NCBI GenBank assembly: GCA_945861815.1
Contig: CAMAVV010000001.1
Location: forward strand, 1-38,534
Length of the DNA stretch: 38,534 nucleotides
Source: Thermoflexus hugenholtzii JAD2
GTDB lineage: Bacteria; Chloroflexota; Dehalococcoidia; SHYB01
Direction of reading: 5' to 3'
In this document: piece after piece, positions 33,506-38,534 of the stretch
Numbering within the stretch: position 1 is the stretch's first letter
Layout: the number at the start of each line of letters is the position of its first letter
The notes under the pieces: model-generated
What the model was told of the DNA's origin: nothing
Seen by the model: the letters and a program-made list of their open reading frames with translations, nothing else
Databases searched by the model: none
Translations under genes and position numbers: made by a program

Positions 33506-34690
33506 CTACTTCGTGTCCGCCCTGCCGACGATGGAGACGCCGCACGCGAAGGAGCCGGGGACGCCGCCCAGGCTGTGGGTCAGGCCCAGCTTCGCATCCT
33601 TGATCTGGCGGGGCCCCGCCTTGCCCTGGAGCTGCTTATACGTCTCGTAAATCATCCGGATGCCGCTCGCGCCGATGGGATGGCCGAAGCACTTCAGTCC
33701 GCCGTCGGGGTTCACCGGCAGTTCGCCCTCGAGGGTGAACGTGCCGTTAGCCACGTCCGCCGTGCCTTTGCCGCGCGGGGCGAGTTGCAGGTCTTCGTAG
33801 GTGATGAGTTCAGTGATGGTGAAGCAATCGTGCAGCTCCACCAGGCTCAGCTCTTTGCGCGGGTTGGTGATTCCGGCCTCGTGGTATGCCTGGGTGGCGG
33901 CGTGGTACGTCTCCGGGAAGGCGGTGAAGTCGTAGTCGTCTTGCAGCATTCCCTGGTCGCCGCCGACGGCGAGGCCGAGGCCTTTGACCAGTACATAGTC
34001 GTGGCGGATGCTCTTCGCGATCTCCGGGCGCGTGATGATCGCCGCCGCCGCGCCGTCGCTTACGCCACAGCAATCGAAGAGGCTCAGGGGCGACGCGATG
34101 ACAGGCGAGCGAAGGGCCTGCTCCAGGGTGATTTCCTTCTGGAAGTGCGCCTTAGGGCTGAGGCTGCCGTTGTGGTGATTCTTCACCGCGATCTGCGCCA
34201 GGAACTCTTTCCCCTTCTCCGTCGTCAGGCCATATTTCTGGAAATAAGCCGTCGCCGACATCGCGAACGACGCCGGTGGCCCGGCAGGAGTTTCGACGTT
34301 CGCGTTGGGGAGGATGTTCAGCGAGCCAAGGCCCGTATACCCGGTGTCCTTGAGCTTCTCCACGCCTGCGACAAGGACCATGTCGTAGATGCCGGCAGCG
34401 ACGGCGTAACAGGCGTTGCGAAAGGCGTCGACGCCTGTGGCGCAAAGATTCTCGACCCGGGAGATCGGGAGATAGGGGAGCTTGAGCGACCGGGCGAGAA
34501 GCTGGCCGCTGAAGGCCGTCGATTGCGTCCCCAGCCATGCCGCCTTGATATCCTTCGGCTCCACCTTCGCATCCGCATAGGCCTCGTAGACCGCTTCGAT
34601 CAGCAGGTCAGTGGCGCTGACATTCCACCTCTCGCCAAACTTCGTGCACCCCATCCCTATGATGGCGACCCGGTTTTTGATGCCTTCCAT
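33506..34690 (-). CDS. Thiolase-like protein, SCP-x/archaeal type (the kind usually partnered with DUF35)
   Basis: VAIIGMGCTKFGE N-terminus, active-site Cys context VENLCATG, C-terminal GHPIGASG and SLGGVPGS. Confidence 0.8.
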   Translation of the reverse strand: MEGIKNRVAIIGMGCTKFGERWNVSATDLLIEAVYEAYADAKVEPKDIKAAWLGTQSTAFSGQLLARSLKLPYLPISRVENLCATGVDAFRNACYAVAAGIYDMVLVAGVEKLKDTGYTGLGSLNILPNANVETPAGPPASFAMSATAYFQKYGLTTEKGKEFLAQIAVKNHHNGSLSPKAHFQKEITLEQALRSPVIASPLSLFDCCGVSDGAAAAIITRPEIAKSIRHDYVLVKGLGLAVGGDQGMLQDDYDFTAFPETYHAATQAYHEAGITNPRKELSLVELHDCFTITELITYEDLQLAPRGKGTADVANGTFTLEGELPVNPDGGLKCFGHPIGASGIRMIYETYKQLQGKAGPRQIKDAKLGLTHSLGGVPGSFACGVSIVGRADTK

Positions 34691-34804
34691 GGAGCGGTCT
34701 CCCTTGCGTAGGTGTGAGAGGTCTCTGACGCGATGGTGTGCAACGAATGGAGCGGAAGGATAGCAGGAAAAAACGAAAGGAGGATATTTATAAGCGCTAC
34801 GTTG

Positions 34805-34834
34805 ACTCTAATAGGAAAAGCGGCAACATGTCAA
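34805..34834 (-). promoter_or_regulatory. Candidate promoter for the thiolase gene
   Basis: Minus strand: TTGACA (34829-34834), 18 nt, TAGAGT (34805-34810). It would give an AT-rich leader of about 110 nt. Confidence 0.45.
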
Positions 34835-34892
34835 TCTCCAAAAGGTTCGTTTTGCAAACTATCGCCCTTCCTGGATAGGCACGCGGCAGCCC

Positions 34893-35342
34893 CTACCGCA
34901 TCTTCGTCTCAACCGTCTGGCGCAGGGTGAGCAGCAGATTGTTGAGCGCCGTCGCATCCTCCGGATCCAAATACTGCGTCAGTTGTCGGGAGCGGGCGAT
35001 GGCGCGCCGGTGCACCTCGGCCTCCAGCTTCCGACCTTTGGGTGTGAGCTTGACGAGGATGGTACGACGGTTCTTCGCATCCTGGTGGCGCTCCGCCAGC
35101 CCGCGCGCCACCAGCCGGTCCACGAGTCCCGTCGCCGCTCCGCGAGTGGCTCCCGCCACGCCTGCCACCTCGGTCATCGTCAGGGGGCGCTCTCGCATGC
35201 CGCGCAAGATGTTCAGCTGGCCGATGGTGAGCGATTCGATCGCATTGGCCCCTTCGAACTCGGAAGCGAGGAAGCGGTTGATGCGCCACCAGGTCTGCAC
35301 CAATTGATCGTCCAGCGTCTGTCCCGCTCTTGCAAATCTCAC
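34893..35342 (-). CDS. MarR-family transcriptional regulator
   Basis: 149 aa from GTG 35342 after AGGGG. Winged HTH LTIGQLNILRGM..LTMTEVAGVAGATRGAATGLVDRLVARGLAERHQDAKNRRTILVKLTPKG. This is the only credible part of the 768-aa ORF. Confidence 0.85.
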   Translation of the reverse strand: MRFARAGQTLDDQLVQTWWRINRFLASEFEGANAIESLTIGQLNILRGMRERPLTMTEVAGVAGATRGAATGLVDRLVARGLAERHQDAKNRRTILVKLTPKGRKLEAEVHRRAIARSRQLTQYLDPEDATALNNLLLTLRQTVETKMR

Positions 35343-35358
35343 TTTAGCCCCTAAACAA

Positions 35359-35386
35359 TTGAGACTCTTGACTGTTATGGTACTAT
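35359..35386 (+). promoter_or_regulatory. Promoter for the amidohydrolase-MFS pair (extended -10)
   Basis: TTGAGA (35359-35364), 16 nt, TGgTACTAT (-10 at 35381-35386). An imperfect 21-bp palindrome ACAATTGAGACTCTTGACTGT (35355-35375) overlaps the -35. Confidence 0.55.
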
Positions 35387-35462
35387 GGCTGCCGACGGTA
35401 TGCCAGCGGAACGTGCGTTGATTGTACTGTCTGCATCTCACACCGCAAGGGAGACCTCCGCG

Positions 35463-36584
35463 ATGACCCAGCAGAAGTTTGTCGATGTCGATACTCACAT
35501 GATCGAGCCGCGGGATCTGTGGACGCTGCAGATGGACAAGAAATACCGCGATCGCGCCCCGCGTATCATCACAAATCCCAAGGGACTCCGAGGCGACCAT
35601 GTTATCGTCGAAGGCATCGCCCCATTCAGCGCGGTCGCCGGCAGCTTCCTCGGACAGCTGCGGAAGCCAAGCCAATACGATAGATACGTGCAGACGACAA
35701 AGGTGGAGGACGTGCGCCCCGGCGCGTGGGACCCCGCCTCCCGCATCAAAGACATGGCGGTGGACGGCATCGCCGCAGGTGTCGCTTATCCCACAAACGC
35801 CGCCCCGTTCTTCAGCCTTCGCGACCCGCTCTTTCAAGGGGCGGTCCTTCGCACCTATAACGACTGGCTCGCTGAGTTCACCGCCCATGACCGCTCTCGC
35901 CTCGGCGGCGCCGGCATGGTGCCCATCATCGATGTGAAAGCCGCCGTGAAAGAGGTTCAGCGCATCAAGAAGATCGGTCTCAACGCCGGACTTGTGCCTG
36001 CCACCAACATCGGCGATGTCAGCTTTGGCCACCCCCAGTACGAGCCTCTCTGGGCCGCCTATGAGGACGCCGATCTGCCCATCACCTTCCATACCTTTAA
36101 CGGCGATTGGTGGTGGCAGCGCGGCGAGGGCAAGATCTTCAATCTCTATGTCGGCCTGGCCTGCATGGACTTCCCTGTGCGCCGCAGCATCACCGAAATG
36201 ATGTTCGCTGGCGTCTTCGACCGCCATCCCAAGCTCAAAGTGACCATCATCGAGTTCCACGCCGGCTGGGTGCCCCACTGGATCTGGCTCTCCGATTACT
36301 GGGCCTATCACCGCCCGCCGACGCCCAAGATCAAGCTGAAGCCCAGCGAATACTTCAAGCGCAATATGTGGGTCGCATTCATCGATGACCCGGTCTCCGT
36401 CGAGGTTGCGCACCTTATCGGCGAAGATCGCCTGATGTGGTCCAGCGACTATCCCCATGTCGAAAGCCTCTGGCCCCACTCGAAGAAGATTGTCGACAAG
36501 CTCTTCGCGGGCAAGTCCGCCGCACTGCGCCAGAAGATCACCCACGATAACGCCAAGAAGCTCTATGGCTTCAAGGCAGCCTAG
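35463..36584 (+). CDS. Amidohydrolase_2 paralogue C
   Basis: Start ATG 35463 after AAGGGAG. VDVDTHMIEPRDLW, ITFHTFNG, LMWSSDYPHVESLWPHS, C-terminal KKLYGFKAA. Confidence 0.85.
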   Translation: MTQQKFVDVDTHMIEPRDLWTLQMDKKYRDRAPRIITNPKGLRGDHVIVEGIAPFSAVAGSFLGQLRKPSQYDRYVQTTKVEDVRPGAWDPASRIKDMAVDGIAAGVAYPTNAAPFFSLRDPLFQGAVLRTYNDWLAEFTAHDRSRLGGAGMVPIIDVKAAVKEVQRIKKIGLNAGLVPATNIGDVSFGHPQYEPLWAAYEDADLPITFHTFNGDWWWQRGEGKIFNLYVGLACMDFPVRRSITEMMFAGVFDRHPKLKVTIIEFHAGWVPHWIWLSDYWAYHRPPTPKIKLKPSEYFKRNMWVAFIDDPVSVEVAHLIGEDRLMWSSDYPHVESLWPHSKKIVDKLFAGKSAALRQKITHDNAKKLYGFKAA

Positions 36585-36668
36585 GCGTGCCGTCGCGCCC
36601 GCATAGACTGTAGCCTGCCACGTGCCTCTTTCCATAGCCGAGTTGCGCGCTCTCGTTGAGGGGCCTGC

Positions 36669-38006
36669 ATGACTGAACATCCCAAGGTTGTGCAGGACCC
36701 TCCTCTTCGTCTTCCCTTTTATTACGGCTGGGCCATCGTCGCAGTGGCCTCTGTCAGCAACCTGGGCCTTGCGCCGCTCACGCCCCTTGTCTTCTCCTTC
36801 TTCGTCAAGCCGATGTCGGAGGACTTGGGCTGGAGCCTTAGCGCCATGTCCATCGCCTACTCCATCCGCTATCTCGCCGGCGGGCTGGCTTCCCCCTTCC
36901 TCGGCAGGCTCGTCGATCGCCACGGCTCCCGCTGGCTTGGCGTGGTCGCCGGACTCATCGGCACAGGAGCGCTGATCGGATTTTCGGCCGTTCACGATCT
37001 CTGGGTCTTCTATCTCCTCTGGGGCATCGTTGGCATATGCGGCATCGGAGGAGGTCCGGGCGCTCACCTGCTGACCATGGTGCCCGTCGCCAAGTGGTTC
37101 GTGGCCAGCCGTGGCCGGGCTATGGCCGTCACCGGAGGCGCTGTTGCCCTGGGCGCGGCCATCAGCATCCCGATTGCCCGGTGGCTCATCGATGCCCATG
37201 GCTGGCGAACGGCCTGGTTCGTCTTTGCCCTCGCCTTCTTTGTGCTGACCGTGCCCCTCTTTGCTCTCTTCATGCGGCGCGCTCCGGAGGACTTTGGCCT
37301 CCAGCCTCCCCAGCCGGGCACGGCTTCATTCGGCTCTGCGAAGGCCACGGCCTCTGCTCCGGCTCCGGAAGTCCATTGGACGGCTGGCGAGGCGATGAGA
37401 ACGCGAACGCTCTGGCAAGTCCTCATCGCCTTCTCGCTGATTGGATTTTCGATGAGCGGGATGGTGATCTACCGGACGGCCTTTTGGGAGGATGTGGGCA
37501 TTGAGCCGAATCTCTTGGCCTTTTCTACCGCCCTCGATCCCTTCATGGTCGTCATCGCTGGTCTTGCCTTCGGCGTCTTCGCCGAGCGCATCGGCCCCCA
37601 GCGCCTTGGCCTTCTCGCGGCGGGCGGCTATGGACTCGCGATGCTCCCCATGATCTTTGCCACGGACTCCGCCGCCGTCGTTCTTGCCCACAACTTCATG
37701 CTCGGCTTCTTCAGCGGTCCCTATATGGCGACCCACAACACCATATGGCCGGCCTATTTTGGCAGACGATTCCTTGGCTCGATCCAAGGCATCGCTATCC
37801 CCTTCACGATCTTCTGGGTCGCCATCGGCGGCCCAGTCTACGGGCTCTTTTTGGATGCCGGCGTCAACCCCAGAATCATGTGGACCGTCTCCCTCGTCCT
37901 CTGCGCCATCGCCGCCTTCCTCCTCTACACTGCCAAGCGCCCAAGCCCGCGCTTTAGGGATGCAGGCACCGGCCGAGTTTTACGTACAATGGGTCGCGAG
38001 AAATAG
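36669..38006 (+). CDS. MFS transporter
   Basis: About 12 hydrophobic segments and the motif-A-like GRLVDRHGSRW between TM2 and TM3. 445 aa. Confidence 0.85.
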   Translation: MTEHPKVVQDPPLRLPFYYGWAIVAVASVSNLGLAPLTPLVFSFFVKPMSEDLGWSLSAMSIAYSIRYLAGGLASPFLGRLVDRHGSRWLGVVAGLIGTGALIGFSAVHDLWVFYLLWGIVGICGIGGGPGAHLLTMVPVAKWFVASRGRAMAVTGGAVALGAAISIPIARWLIDAHGWRTAWFVFALAFFVLTVPLFALFMRRAPEDFGLQPPQPGTASFGSAKATASAPAPEVHWTAGEAMRTRTLWQVLIAFSLIGFSMSGMVIYRTAFWEDVGIEPNLLAFSTALDPFMVVIAGLAFGVFAERIGPQRLGLLAAGGYGLAMLPMIFATDSAAVVLAHNFMLGFFSGPYMATHNTIWPAYFGRRFLGSIQGIAIPFTIFWVAIGGPVYGLFLDAGVNPRIMWTVSLVLCAIAAFLLYTAKRPSPRFRDAGTGRVLRTMGREK

Positions 38007-38099
38007 GTAACTACCTGTCCAAATTTAAGTGGGGCACACCAAATTATTGGTACGATCAGTCCTACCTCTTTGGATACTAAAGTAGGAGCTTAGCAACCA

Positions 38100-38489
38100 T
38101 TGCACCAAGGATTAGCATCAAGTTCAATCAGCGACCTGGTTTTTTTGGGATTGCTCTTTGGGGCAATGGCTTTTTGCCCGTGGTTTCTGGGCACGGTCCT
38201 ACACGCTCGCCACCTTCAGGGCAGAAGAATCCCTGATGGAATCGACTGGATGCTAGGTCGAGTGAAGCCATCAGAGAAAGCTCTCGATATCCGTTATCAG
38301 ATTCAAATAATTCGGTTAATAGCGCTCGTGTTCTGGTTGGCGTTTGTCGCTGGCTATGCACAGTGGGTCTGGCGGGAAATCGCAAATAGAGGTGGCTCCG
38401 TTTGTCTGAACAGCGTGACCCGGCGTGATAAGTGGAATCATGCTGCGGTGTTGTGGGCTGCCGCGGGCGCGGGCAGCGACCTGGCGTAG
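38100..38489 (+). CDS. Hypothetical small membrane protein (doubtful, possibly cut by the right-hand IS)
   Basis: TTG start, two hydrophobic stretches, lower-G+C DNA. Its last 17 codons run antisense to the transposase 3' end, so the true end is uncertain. Confidence 0.25.
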   Translation: MHQGLASSSISDLVFLGLLFGAMAFCPWFLGTVLHARHLQGRRIPDGIDWMLGRVKPSEKALDIRYQIQIIRLIALVFWLAFVAGYAQWVWREIANRGGSVCLNSVTRRDKWNHAAVLWAAAGAGSDLA

Positions 38490-38534
38490 CACTCGTCCGG
38501 GGTCATCCCGCCAAGACTCGAATGAGGCCTCCGG
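38403..38534 (-). mobile_element. Partial insertion sequence at the window edge (inner boundary approximate)
   Basis: Contains the transposase 3' end. A possible terminus TGTCTGAAC... lies at 38403, 34 nt beyond the stop. The boundary is inferred, because no second end is available for comparison. Confidence 0.4.
38438..38533 (-). CDS. 3' end of an rve/DDE transposase gene (partial, runs off the window)
   Basis: The minus-strand frame reads RRPHSSLGGMTPDECYARSLPAPAAAHNTAA-stop. RPHSSLGGxTPxE is the canonical C-terminal block of IS3/IS481-type integrase-core transposases. Confidence 0.75.
   Translation of the reverse strand, partial: RRPHSSLGGMTPDECYARSLPAPAAAHNTAA

Noticed and set aside
34893-37199. 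768-aa minus-strand ORF, the longest in the window
   Set aside because: Only the last 149 codons (the MarR regulator) look real. The remainder is antisense to the well-supported amidohydrolase and MFS genes and is compositionally biased.
38007-38100. Possible small RNA or terminator hairpin (TCCTAC...GTAGGA) downstream of the MFS gene
   Set aside because: The stem is 6 bp with an irregular interior and no U-tract. Nothing resembles a known ncRNA class.
1-38534. Composite transposon formed by the two flanking IS elements
   Set aside because: The two transposases have different C-terminal sequences, so they are different elements. The right-hand IS is incomplete in the window, and no shared inverted repeats or target duplications can be shown.

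Overview
This is a 38.5-kb high-G+C bacterial segment that looks like a whole contig broken at insertion sequences. A complete IS3-family element occupies 1-1233. The window ends inside the 3' end of a second, unrelated rve-type transposase gene (38438-38533, minus strand). About 35 genes lie in between, almost all on the minus strand.

Gene content, left to right:
- A visibly low-G+C DNA methyltransferase gene, cut by the IS just before its AdoMet-binding motif.
- Two Opp/Dpp-type ABC ATPase genes directly downstream of tRNA-Lys(CTT) and tRNA-Leu(TAG).
- A catabolic operon: 4-oxalocrotonate tautomerase, two SDRs, two amidohydrolase_2 paralogues and an LLM flavin oxidoreductase.
- Housekeeping genes: htpX, HAD hydrolase, MBL hydrolase, M16 peptidase, glmS, plsC, cmk.
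- A 168-aa protein with a histone-H1-like Lys/Ala/Pro tail.
- An array of about 13 kb (18.3-31.9 kb): lipoprotein solute-binding protein, crotonase-fold protein, acyl-CoA dehydrogenase, six consecutive family III (CaiB/BaiF) CoA-transferase genes, crotonase-fold protein, acyl-CoA dehydrogenase.
- A divergent TetR regulator, endonuclease V, an SCP-x-type thiolase, and a MarR / amidohydrolase_2 / MFS module.

The best candidate for something undescribed is the CoA-transferase array. The six genes form three iterated heterotypic pairs. The accompanying crotonase-fold proteins lack both canonical hydratase glutamates. One transferase lacks the catalytic Asp. The terminal acyl-CoA dehydrogenase carries an in-frame TAG.

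I saw no rRNA, CRISPR array or recognisable defence or toxin system.

All calls rest on reading motifs in the supplied translations and on the DNA itself. No database search, HMM scan, G+C calculation or RNA folding was run. The lineage guess (a monoderm, possibly Chloroflexota-like) is weak.
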